A DNA stretch of 64,000 bases from Antedon mediterranea. Its lineage: Eukaryota; Animalia; Echinodermata. The stretch lies in the NCBI RefSeq assembly GCF_964355755.1, contig NC_092670.1, positions 30,802,388 to 30,866,387 on the forward strand, written 5' to 3'. A model generated the notes under the pieces. That model did not search any database. It had not been told where the DNA came from and saw nothing but the letters and a program-made list of their open reading frames with translations. Below, piece after piece: positions 24,102 to 36,768 of the stretch (position 1 is its first letter; every line of letters starts with the position of its first letter). Both the position numbers and the translations under genes were made by a program.

Positions 24102-26107
24102 ACCGGTATTGAAATTCAATTCAGAGAAACAAACTGCGTGGAGCTTTTCCGTAACAAACAATTTTCAAACCTATTATTACATCCCTAATGTAAGGTCATT
24201 CATAATTGGGTTTTCAGCACGCGACACGTTGGGAATTTAGATGATATTTCCAATGTGAATAAATGTACTGATTTCCCGACGGCAAAAGCCATAGGCCTAC
24301 TTATTAAATCGATGATATAGATTATGAACCTAGCGCGCACTGCCGGTCACTGCCTGAAAACGTGGTTTAGTGTCAGTCTGTTGACGCATTAATGCGTCAA
24401 CTGTTGCTTTGTCTAATGGTGAAGAAGTTAACAAAAGCGATATAATTTGTATATCATTCAAGAGTTATTTGATTGGATTTAATCGTTGACTTGAGATTGG
24501 ATTTATTCGACTTATTCTATATTAATATTGTTATTTTTTAGGATCTAATTTGTTTAATCGATTTATTGGAACATGTGTAGTAGTTAAATCTACGATGAGG
24601 TAAATATTTATCAAACCTCGCATGAAAATTGAGAAATGAGTCTAACATGGTCAAACAATTGATTATTATGTGCATTTTGTTTTGTCATACATAGGCCTTT
24701 ATTTATTTTTGAGGCAGATCTGAGAGGGTTGGTCACCACAGTCTCCATAACTTCATGCTCAGACTTCATAAGAAAAATAAATATTGGCCTGATATATTTA
24801 TTGTTATGTATATATTTCACAATATAAATCTGTATAGGCCTTTAAAAAAAAAAATATATATATATATATAATATATACTTATTTATTTAATGCCTGTTTG
24901 GGTGATTAATGTCATAGCCTGTCATTACCCCTTGGCAACCTTTTAACCTATGCACGTTTTTACCGGTTAATGTTGCTTTGAATCTTGCTATTCTTAGATT
25001 TGAACATCAATACATGTTTATAGGTTATAAAGTAAGTTTAATTACTTTCGTCATTCTAGAATCTCCGTAAATCAGGCTTTAATAATCAGACTATTGGGGG
25101 ATGAAATCGTCAGTAGTAAAAATCTGCTGCCGCGTGTGATGGATGAAATGATGAGATGGTTTTTTTATTTATGAAAAATTATATAAAGAGTTTTTGGAAG
25201 GTCATGAACCGAACAAAAATGAAACGTTGACTGAAATGGTGAATCGTGGATACTATACCCCTCCTCATTCCTTCACACACGTGATGGACACACTCCGTCC
25301 TTGCAAATAGCTATCCCCTCTGTGGTAAAAAAACGTAGGAAATGGATGATCAATATACTCGTATGCCCATTCTACAATAACCCTGCTTAGCCTGGATTGG
25401 TAAAGAGAAACTGTATATCAGGCTTTGTTCTGATGTGATTACAACAAGTAATACTTTTGGAAAGGTGGTTTAGAACTTTAGATGGTTCTGTTCCAAAGAT
25501 ATTTTTAAAGCGCATTTCACTGTAGTGTCCCATCAAGCATTTTTAAAGTTTGATATATATAGATTGGTTAAATGTTTGAAATTGTGACCTAGAACTGGAA
25601 GAGCTTCGAACCCACTTCTTAATGGGTTTAAGTTATGGCGCCCAACGGTGAGAAAAGATTAATGATTTTGCTCTATTTCAACTCGTTGTGTGTCTTCAAG
25701 CCATCACCACAAATTGCTCGTTTACAACTATCAAAGAAACAACAATTGAATACCGCGGGGATTTATAATTGTCAATCTGCCTCGTAAATGCCAGGAAGTA
25801 ATGTTTTTGCGTTTCTTCAAACACTTTTTATAACCTTTAAACAGCATTATGGTATAATCAATTGACACTATTTTCCTGTAGTTCCCTGGAAACTGGCATT
25901 GTTTAATAGCAACCACTATTATTAATATTATTTATTCATAATTTACCACATTGGCATATCAGTGTTATGTGTTATTTATATTTAAAGCTACAATCATCAT
26001 CACCCGGCTCTGCAGCTGTCTTTATCTGACAGACTATTGCCAGTCATCTAGAAAAGAGTAGCTCTTAAATACACGATATCTCTGTCATTGGGTTCATATA
26101 TCCATCA

Positions 26108-26147
26108 CTCCTGAGGATGATCAAAGCATATTGACCGAAACGTCGAG
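26108..26147 (+). ncRNA. Minimal type I hammerhead ribozyme (Penelope-like-element type)
   Basis: CTC-CTGAGGA-T-GATCAA(agcata)TTGACC-GAAA-CG-TC-GAG: CUGANGA and GAAA core boxes, stem II with one mismatch, palindromic stem III, GUC cleavage triplet, short stem I CTC/GAG. Confidence 0.65.
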
Positions 26148-26480
26148 AAACTCAACAGTTCTTTTCAGACCTAATATACGTGGTGTGCCGCAAACTTTAT
26201 ATCAACAACATTTTATTTCGCCATGCAAACCTTCGAACAATATAATGTATAACGTGATATATGTATTCAGGATACTACCATCATAGAAGAGTGAGTGCTT
26301 CTATTTAGGCCTACAGAAAAGCAGCTTAGATATAATTGCTTGCCATAATTATGCTTTGATATACTTTCTCTTGCTTTTGAATCTAAAAATTCAGAAAACA
26401 ATGTCGCGAGTTTCTAGAAACGAGAAGTGAGCTTATAATTTGTGTTTGTTTTATATTAGGCCTTTGTATGTATTACCGAT

Positions 26481-26616
26481 ACTGTTTATGCGTATATTAC
26501 AGAGGCCTGTTACAGAACCTCATATTTTAATTGAGTTTGTTTAGCATGTTCGATTTACTGTTTATGCATATACGGAGGCCTAGTCACAAAACCTCATAGT
26601 TTAATTGCGTTTGTTA
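26481..26616. repeat. Diverged tandem duplication of ~76 bp
   Basis: ACTGTTTATGC..GAGGCCT..AACCTCATA.TTTAATTG.GTTTGTT occurs twice (26481, 26557). Confidence 0.7.
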
Positions 26617-27981
26617 CGTTTGCAATCGTTCATTCACATCACTTGGGAAACACAAGACGCCAGTACCATTGCAGAATAATGTTCAATGTATCAAAATACA
26701 TAAATTTAATTAATCATATGCAATGAATTTGTTTGTCTCCACTGAGTTAAATTGTGGCTTACTGTTGTATTTAATTGATAAAACAGATTATTTCAATCAT
26801 TAATAATAATAACGGTTTATATAATACAAATAAATCAATACTTACGGTACTTTATATTACAAAGGTTCGGAAACACTCAGTAATATTCATCATTCCTATT
26901 TAGTCATTTGCATACAACTTGAATAGAACTGCTTTGAGACACAAATGCAAAACAATGTAAAGTACATGTACTCGACAAAACAAAGAGTCACGTCATTCAG
27001 TGTCCAGCAGGCGGATAGAAACTATTGAATAAATATTGTTGGAGAGGTGGTGATGGACCGGCAATGTCTACTATGGTAGAACTTCAAAAAGTGTTTAGGA
27101 GATGTGTTTATAGTCTTGCAAGATAGAATGCGTTCTCTTATTTATTCGTTTACTTAAAACAAAAACGGATTCAATACGGAGAGCTCTACAATATTTTAAT
27201 AATTTACTACCACTCGGCGGTTTAATCCACAAAGGTCTAGATTCTAGACGGCGATTGGACTATTATGGTAAACAGATACATAGTTTGCAGATATATTTTT
27301 GTGTGGCATGCACCACTTTTATTCAATTTCATTCAATAGCAACAATAATAGTTAAACGCACATATATGGCGTTTCATACAATACTTGAATTGCAGAAAAA
27401 TGTAAACGCTGACTGGTGGACAATAACATACAAATAACAATAAAAAGACTTTGGGCAAATCTAGGTTCTCTTCACAAAAGTAGATTGATGTCATTAATTG
27501 TGGTATTTAAATTGATGCCATCGAAAGATGCTAACATTGTAAATAAAGTAAGATACGTTTCCATGATGTAGGCCTAAGCGTTGATTTGTTATTATAATTG
27601 AAATATAGGACAATCGCCTGAGAAGAATGGATCTCATAAACCTTTAAAAGCATAGGGTAATAATGTGACATACAATAAAACATTCAATTAAATGCTATGA
27701 ATTCCTTTCACCCTGGCATATTTTCAACAAAATATTAATATTAATGTTCATGAATAGCATAGGCCTATTTTGTTTATACAAAATATAGTTTTAGAGTAGA
27801 ACATGAAATAAAATAATAATAGAGTACCTCGGATGCTGATCTTGTTTGTATGAGAGAGATGAGGCAATGGAAGTGAAATAGGAAGGTCGGAGTTCTAGTA
27901 GTTTGTTTGGTCGGGACCACTCAAATAATTTAATTTTTCATCCATCGTTGTTATTATTTACGTTTCATCAAGGTGTCTTAA

Positions 27982-28100
27982 AGCAGTTCGCACTAGAAAT
28001 GCCACAACGTTATATCATCTCTGTTGAGACGTACGCAAAATGGCACAGCGCATACGTCACTTTGGTCTATGCGCTCCTGCCTCTTAGTGGGAACCAAGCT
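27982..28100. mobile_element. Degenerate Harbinger-like MITE related to 31804-31987
   Basis: The right end TAGTGGGAACCAAGCT|TTA matches the family TIR. The left end AGCAGTTCGCACTAG is a decayed copy. Confidence 0.5.
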
Positions 28101-30258
28101 TTAGCTGTTGTGATAATTTACAACAATCGTGTCGATATGTTTGCGTAAGTTGTATCTTTTTTTTTAAACAATAATTTTTTTTTTCAGCTGACAACTTCAA
28201 GCTGTATAATAAATATAAATCCACCAATCAATATAAATTTATCGAATGAAAAATAAAATAACTGTAATATATTAATGCATGAGTGCTTACAACAGTTGAA
28301 TTGATTTGATAAATTGAGACACATTATTTTTATTTATTTTATACGATGAAGCTGTCAAGTTCATACATCGAATCCATTTATCACATTTGCGTATGAAAAG
28401 TGAAAAAGGGGGAAAATGCTTATTAGAATTTGATACGTTCATAAGCCGACTGTTATTAACTTGGACATCGATTGAATTAAGGTAATGACAAGTAGAGAAT
28501 TGCTGACGTGTATCAATAACTTGCTATCCAGAAAGTCAACTATCGTGTGGTAATTGACACCTAAGAAATCAAACAATTAGGCCCTATTGTTCATATTCCC
28601 CGAAATTTGGAATATTAATTTCAATCATATTCAGTATCTAAAATGCTAATGTTGACACTAGCCATCTGAGTGGATTTACAATCCACTGTGTTTTACAATG
28701 GAAATATTGCGATTCATTAAGGTCGATTACATCTATTATACTGTTATTATACCTCAGCTATTACTGCGTCCGATAATTAGTGCATGATTTACTGACAGAG
28801 CAGTGCACTCACGACATTTGGACATGTTCGATTTTCACAGCAAATACTTAACACAGAATCGAAAAAGCATTATGAGTATGTGGTCTTGAACGATCATACA
28901 ATGCGATTTATGACCAAAACAGGTGTTTTCGCATGCAGTCACATTAGTTAAATAATGTCGATAGGCCGGAAGGAGAGTCGATGCCTCAAAACAGAGTGTT
29001 CCGAATATGAAATATGATAGGCCTACTCCTTGTTTGTCAATATTGAGGACTTGACCAACCACAATCACATGATACATAGGCCTATGATGACCATAATCAA
29101 CCCGGTAATCATAACAAGAATAATGAAGAATACAACGTCATAATTATTTCAAAACCATCGGAGGTTGTTGTGTTTGTCAAAATATCATCAGCACATAAAA
29201 CGGTACTGAATAGTATAGTAGTATTGACAACCAACTCTTTCAGTTTTTAATAACTGAAGTATGACACATCAGGAAGAGATTTAACTTACTTGGACAGCAT
29301 ACTTGTTCTGGAAACACAAATCAAGTTTAGGGTTACTATCACCGACAATGGATGCATAATGACGGTTTAAAATAAATTATTATGGATAGCCTATATTAAT
29401 TACAGAGACAGGCTGAGCTCACATATTACTCACGATTTTTCCAAAAAAAGTATAACAATTAAAATTCATATGTTTTTGACACCCTCAATTCATAAAACTG
29501 AAATTAAATCATTCGATGCTCCTAATTGTTTTCTTGCCCAAAAGATATTTTGTTAAGAAGGTGTCTTAAATAGGATTATTAAACTAATCAAATTAAATGT
29601 ATGGTTAAATTTGATAGCTGAGTAAATCGATGAAAAATGTTCAACTTAAATACATTAATACTTGTAAGTTACAGTACGAAAGGCATCGAAAAGTGTTTTT
29701 AAATTTATACAATACACACTGAAAATAAAAAAAAACACTCCGATTAATGGTTCTTATAATGCCATTTTCGGTTCAAATGTTAAATCAAGATACTTCCCTA
29801 TTGTTATTTGGAGTTACGGTTATACTATGTTAAGATACATTACACACTATTAAACATATCCGTGAGGATACGTACTATACATGAATAATGAAACACATTT
29901 ACCGTAATTCCACGAAGATATGACTGTGACATTAATTTAATGGATTTAAATTAAGGCCTGGACAATTACTTGATGAAAGGAGAGATTTAGTGCATCTGTT
30001 GAACTATGATGTTTAAACGTAAGACCGTCATTCTTAGAAATATATTTTTATCATATTTATTACATATAGTATTAGTACAATTTTACTTTTCTCAGCCCCA
30101 CGATGGAAATCCACACTGAAAAATGGTTTATTAAAAAGAGATTATGCAGTTTCAGTTTCGATTCGAAACAGAATAGAATAATTTAAATAGAACCCAAAAT
30201 GCCAGAATCCAACAACGGAGTAAGTTAATAATTTTAATAAACGAAAATCTCTACTCAC

Positions 30259-30495
30259 CGACAAGAATATACTCCCACTTAAAATACAACACAAGAGTCA
30301 CGTCAGATTGCAACCACTACGACTGCCATGGGGACTGTCGACTTTTTTTGTCACTCCTTATGTTATTTGAAGGTACCTAGGTCTAATATAAAAGCATCGA
30401 AAGTGTTACTTGCGTACGCTTGATTACGCTGAAATATTGTTCTTACAAAATTAAGAATACGCACGCTTTATAAGCTCCTTCTCGCGTGACGTTTA
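30259..30495 (-). promoter_or_regulatory. Candidate minus-strand TATA promoter and non-coding first exon
   Basis: Minus-strand TATAAA at 30472-30467, TGACGT (CRE-like) words near 30487 and 30300, local CpG, donor CG|GTGAGT at 30258. Motif-only inference. Confidence 0.25.
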
Positions 30496-31803
30496 CCAGT
30501 TCAATGAATCTTCCAGCGAATAGTTATTGTTACCTTTTCTCAGTTCTGATTGCTTCTAAATTACGCTTGCAATAATTGGTCGATACTCAGCTTAGCTAAG
30601 TAGTCAAGAGAATCAGAACGTTAGGCCAGGTTCTCTAGAGTGCTTTACATTCTTCAGTTTAAATTCCAGCGGGAATTGTCGCATTGAATACCTGACAGAC
30701 TATTCTCATCAGTTGCGCTGTAGATATCAATATATTACGGGATAATAACGATTTATTAGTAGAAAACTAACATTTTTAACTACAAATATACCATCAAATT
30801 CTTCCAATCGTCTATTTTGCTATTTTGTTTGTCTGTATTGTTGTATATCGGATGCTATTTTTCTCAGAATGTCCGCCACAAGTGCGATATTTTTCTTACT
30901 AATTATCATTTTTATAGTAAAAAAAAAAGAAAGAATATTATTCTTTTTAAGGTATCTTCGTGGCTATGCATTTGTATATTTGTATGTCGGTCCGTGGCGG
31001 AGATAATATTTCCTCCATGGTCGGTCAAAATCTAATACAAAACAACGACACTCTAAATCCATCCGTACTTTCTCTGGCTCAATAGCATGCAGTTGTACAC
31101 TGGTGGTCTCTAATCTATGTTCGTAATGAACACGTCACATACAGATCGGGCAAACCCTTTATCCTATTCATGCTCGTTTATGCATAACGTCATTATAAGT
31201 ATTTCATCACGCGTAACGGATTGTAACTAGTGCCATCACACATTGTAGAAAATGAAGTGGAAAAGTACCCACCAAAACAACATTTGTTTTTGTTCGGCAT
31301 GGGTAGCATGAACATGTTATATAACTGTCTTACAAATAGTTCAAAGTAGACACAAAATTAGAAAGAAAAGAAAACCTAAAAACCATGACAAATGTATATG
31401 GCATAAAATTAATTAATACAGGCCAAATTATTAATAATGTACGTAATATAATAATTAAATTAATTCAATAATAACAGTAAGTTACATAATCCATTACATC
31501 GAATATTAAATATAAGTAGATCTGGTAGGCTTGTTGAGGTAAACCAGGGAATTAAAACCCACTACAAAGAGATAGAGATTATTTTCGTGCAATATTATTA
31601 GCAAATCAAATATCTATAAGGTAATCTGTTATTTTGTAATTCTAATTTGTTTTAATGTTAAAATTACAAAACTGTTCAACATAACAGCATTTACTAATTT
31701 TGATGTAATTTCTTTCTCTGGAAACAGATTTCATAAATGTTTTTAAAATAATGACGAAATAATCGTAGCCAAAATTAGGCTATTTATAATATTCCGTATG
31801 TAA

Positions 31804-31987
31804 AGCTTGGTTCCCACTAGAACGTAACGCAAGGACGTAAACGCAACGCAAGCGTTTTAACCATTGACAAGCGAAGTAATAGACAGTTAGCAATCACAAG
31901 CGAATAAGCCATCGCTTGTGATTGGTCAATTCACTTGCGTTGCGTTGCGTTACGTCGTTGTGTTGCGTCGCTAGTGGGAACCACGCT
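31804..31987. mobile_element. PIF/Harbinger-like MITE
   Basis: AGCTTGGTTCCCACTAG ... CTAGTGGGAACCACGCT TIRs, inverted (AACGC)n/(GCGTT)n subterminal repeats, TAA on the left flank. Confidence 0.75.
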
Positions 31988-34386
31988 TCCGTCATCATAC
32001 TATACACAACACCACCACAAATTTCCTTGCCTTCAACGTCGATTACAATGGAAGTAGTAGAATTATTGATTTGTTTAAAAATATATATAAATGTTTCGTA
32101 CTCGTTGGATTTCATAGAAAATATGACTGTTATTGCAGTTTCTTTACTTGGTAGAACAATGTACCATTGTATACCATGTTTGTGTTTGTATCATTATCTA
32201 TTAGCTTCTATAATCATCGTCATTACCGTCATGGTAATCATTATTGTCACCATAGTTTATTACGTCATAATTGTGACAATTACCAGAAACATCCTTCTTA
32301 TGGTAAGCACGTCGTCAACTAGTAGGCAAGTCTACAGACTCCACTCTTATCAGTATATTATTATCACCATAGGCCTTACCGCCATTAATATTATCAGTTA
32401 CCAAGAGTGACAGTTTTCATTTTTCTTGTCCATTATATATCTTTTAAACATTGCCTTAATGTACCTCTTTACTTTCAAAATTTGTGTTACAAAAGAATAG
32501 AGATTTTACTGTGTAATTTGAACTATCATATCCACTGATATGAAAGTGCTAATTTTCAACAAGCTCCTGTAACACAAATAAAATCCCAAAAATTATGAAA
32601 CATGGGAGAAACTATAGATCGATAATTATTGGAATGTATGATCAATAGAAATGTGTTGCCCCCACCTGGCCTTTAATGTATACAGGTAGTTAGTCACTAC
32701 CGTACATTGTCTCTACTGACGAAACTAAACTAATTCCTCCATTGTCGGATGTACCACTTCCGTCACGTCTCCATTGCAAAAGTAGGAATATCATGTGTAT
32801 TTTCAGAACATTATAATACGGTGACAAATGTACAGTAATGTACTCATTGTCATTGCAAGAGCCATAAGCGAGCTAAATCACTCTCCTCAACGATCATGTT
32901 CCCAGGTTTTCAATAGGCCTACATAAACAAAATATTACGATAATAAGTCTCTTCTTTACCACTTGTCGTCGATAAGCTTGATCCAAACTAAATACAGTAA
33001 AGGAATGATATAGAGTGTTCAGTAAGGTAAGCATTTCTGATTATCATCACCGTCATTGGTGGATGTAATGAAACGCAATTAGTAACGCTTTCTAATCGGA
33101 CCAGCTAGGTAATTACGCCTAATATCTGCTTTTAATAGAAGAAAACTTGCGAAATTCATGACCCGTACAGTAACTTTGCCGCACTTGCCCGACCTACATA
33201 TGTATATTTCTATTTTATTGTCTCTATTTTCTAATTTTAACCTAAACCTATGCTTTCCCAAGTCGCATTATTTTTTGAAGTGGAGCTGCGTTGCTCATGT
33301 GGAAAATCTTAGAAGCAAGAACCTGCAAATTGGTAAATTAAGAATTTTAACTTCAAAACTATAGATAGCCTAAAGCTTGTATTCGTCGTTGTGTCACTAT
33401 AAAGTTTAAATATTTTCAATATTTAATTCGCAATCATGAAATAAAGTAAAATTCGAGTAATGTATTTTAAATTATTAATAATACAGATTGATAGGTAGTC
33501 AATTGAGCAGTGATTAGACCTACTCATCTTTTCATTTTTTCAACTATACGTTCTACTTCTTTTATTACTTCAATTGCATTAGTGTCATTATGTTACCGCT
33601 TTTGTCAACTGAACATAAAGAGCTGACATACCGTATCCACTTTCACCCCAGTTACATCATGGCACCGGTTTTAGCGATCATAGACAGAGAATCGGTTGAT
33701 GGTGGTACAGAAGTAGGCCTAATTATGTTTAAAAAAGGCTTCATCAAACATGTCACGTCACACATCCACGACAAAATTAATTCTGTAATAGGTCGCTAAA
33801 AGTCACACAGATGGACAAACAAACATACGCCTACTTACTTTTCACAAGTAATTGGACCAATCACGACGCGACGAAATTAACAGAACTTTTCCGTTGCACC
33901 GCCCATCAGTAAAAACCAACTTGATATAGCCTTGTGAGAATTGAACCACGCTTTATATCGTATAAAGTACGCCATGTCACTATGCCCTCATGGCCGTCAT
34001 GTTGCCCTTTTGGTAATGTGTGCGAGTTATAACAATATAGTTATGGTACTAAGTACTAAGTCACACAATACAAACATAGTAATGCAAGAAGAGGGTGATA
34101 ATAATAAATGCGACAATGACTGGCATAAATGTGCGGTTATTAATATCCTTGAAGTAGAAATTAAAAATGATTATTAAACTCACCAGAAAGTCAATGATTT
34201 CGAGAAATGTGACGACAGATAATAAGTCACAACTTAGTGCCGTATATTTAAGTAGAAATTGTTATATAAAATGTACCGTAGTTAATGACTTTAAATGCAT
34301 ATAATTAATTAGCTGATCCATAAAGATAATGTATAGAGATAATTGATCAGCATTGTGTGTACTTAATCCATCGTGTTTGAAATCGA

Positions 34387-35018
34387 AGCGAAAAGTCAGA
34401 TGCCATTCCGGCGGGGGATAGTTTATTACCATTAGTTAAGGTCCTATGTAAAGCACCTAGAGGGGTCAGTGATCCATTAGGCGCTATATAAATACTGTTT
34501 ATTATTATTATTATTATTATTAGTGTTAGTGTTATTGTTATTGTTATTGTTATTATTATTATTATTCACACTTTGTATAAGGTTAGACCTATACTTAGTT
34601 GAAATTGTAGGCATCGCGCAAACTGTTATCATGGAGATAATTAAAATGTTTCAGAAAGCGTCTTTCTGTAATCATCATCTCTTTTTGTCTAGCTGCTGTC
34701 TTCTTACGATATACTGTAAATTATAAATTTGAACAAAATTTTCAATTTCACTCGAAAGAGATCGTCTCTCAAAATGAGGTACTGTAGTTGCTTTTCACGA
34801 AAGAGATAGTAGCAATTTATTGTTATTGTTTTTGTGAAAGGTGTTTTGTTTCTTTTAAAAAACACGACTCAATTTTGAGATCGAATTCAGGAGTAACTTG
34901 TGCCATAACACCAATTAATATGTTAATAATTAATGAAGTTGCATTGTTAAAGGATTAAACATTAATATTGCATAAAATAATACCTTATACAAAGTGTGAA
35001 TGGCATCTGACTTTCGCT
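34387..35018. mobile_element. Old inverted-repeat element whose left arm is split by a SINE
   Basis: 34982-35018 is the reverse complement of 34387-34408 joined to 34568-34583 (AGCGAAAGTCAGATGCCATTC|ACACTTTGTATAAGG). Confidence 0.6.
34409..34563 (+). mobile_element. 5'-truncated SINE or L2-type 3' tail
   Basis: TGTAAAGCACCTAGAG..TAGGCGCTATATAAAT followed by (TAT)n tail, resembling the L2 3' stem-loop. Apparent TSD ATTC (34405-34408 / 34564-34567). Confidence 0.65.
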
Positions 35019-36768
35019 CACGTTCATCAAATTTAGATAATTAAACATCGCAGTTCCATCTGCTTATTCTCGCGGTTCCTGACAATACATGACGTCGAAT
35101 TGTATAAAAACAGCAAGTCAAACAGTTGTGAATGCCTTGGTTGCTTGCTAGTTAATCTGCGCTAATGGGACTTCTTCTGACTAAATAAACGTGGGATTAT
35201 AAGTACACTATTAGTTGAATTTCACCCGATTCTCTTTGCTGTACCTCACATACTATAAATCTATAGTTCCGAAGTAGGCCTAGGAATATTTTAGATAGAC
35301 AACATTTCATTTATATCACATGTGGTGCATGTAGCATTTAGGGTTTGGTTACTAAAGTTACACGTGAAACACACAGTGTTGTTTTACCAATAAATAATCC
35401 TATGATAGGAAATAGATACAGTACAGATGATTTGTTGTGTTTTTGATGCCAATGGCAATTACGATTCTCGATCCTGGCAGATTTTAGAGAAAAAAAAGTA
35501 CAATGGTACTGGACGGACGGCTCTCTCTATAATCTCTCTTTCTCGAATACGACATAAGTTATATATTAGTAATATAAATACTGTAGGGCCTACAGCATCG
35601 TTACGAAATAATAATGTAGATGGATGGGCTTTGTATTAAAAGAAACCCACAAATATAAGAATGCCTCTTCCTTATTTTTCAAACGAAAAGAAATCTAAAA
35701 AAAAGTCAATTTCGAAATTAATTCACTGGGCTTCTTTTTTACTCGAGGTACCCGAGTCTAGGACTCGCTCATCTTCTCGTCTTCCATTTCCTCCTTCTCC
35801 TCCATCTGGACACTATTGAGACAACTTTCAAGTCATACTAGTTCTTTACGCGTCATGCATATACTAGGGTAGTAGGTGAACAAAGCTATAAAGAGAAAAT
35901 GTTCGTACTTCAACTGGATGCAGAACTATGACGTCATAAACATGGTACCAATCGAAAAAAATTGCGATTTATAAAGTAATACGCCTCCCTTATTCGTTGG
36001 TATTGAGCTGGGATTTGGCATGAATATACTACAGGGACATGTCCTCAAAGCTATAGAGCCGGATTTTTAGTCGCGTGGACGCGACTCTATAGTTCACTAT
36101 GTCGGTCGGTCGGTCTGTCGGTCTGTCTGTCGGTCCGGTATCACTATGCGTTTTATCGCTTTACTGTACTTTTTGAACTGTTTTGATGTAGAGACAATTA
36201 GTCGCGTGGGTGGACGCGACTCTATAGTTCACTATGTCGGTCGGTCTGTCGGTCTGTCTGTCGGTCCGGTATCACTATGCGTTTTATCGCTTTTCTGTAC
36301 TTTTTGAACTGTTTTGATGTAGAGACAATTAGTCGCGTGGGTGGATGCGACTCTATAGTTCACTATGTCGGTCGGTCTGTCGATCTGTCGGTCTGTCTGT
36401 CGGTCCGGCATCACAATGCGTTTTATCGCTTTTCTGTACTTTTTGAACTGTTTTAATAATAATAATAATAAGATTTTTATAGCGCACATACCACTCCAGA
36501 GTGCTCAAGGCGCATTTAAAAATAAAAAAGAAAATAAATCATACAAATTCCTGAAAAATAAAATGCAATTTCTTTGGAGGGTCCCCATCCGTTGTCGTTC
36601 TGTCGCGGTCCCGGACCCCTACCTAGGTGACCAAACAAAGGAGCAGGATACACATTTGCCTTGCCACAGACGACCGGGTGCTCAGAGACAACAACCAAGA
36701 CAGAGGCACCCCAAAGATAATGCTGGCCAGGAAAAGGTATACAAAACAATTCTAAGTCTAAAAAAACT

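Noticed and set aside
23095-24161. Several 75-163-aa ORFs inside the hAT-like element
   Set aside because: No transposase motifs; chance ORFs in higher-GC sequence.
31922-32410. 162-aa hydrophobic ORF
   Set aside because: Starts at TTG inside a MITE and runs through (ATC/ATT)-rich low-complexity sequence. No splice or family support.
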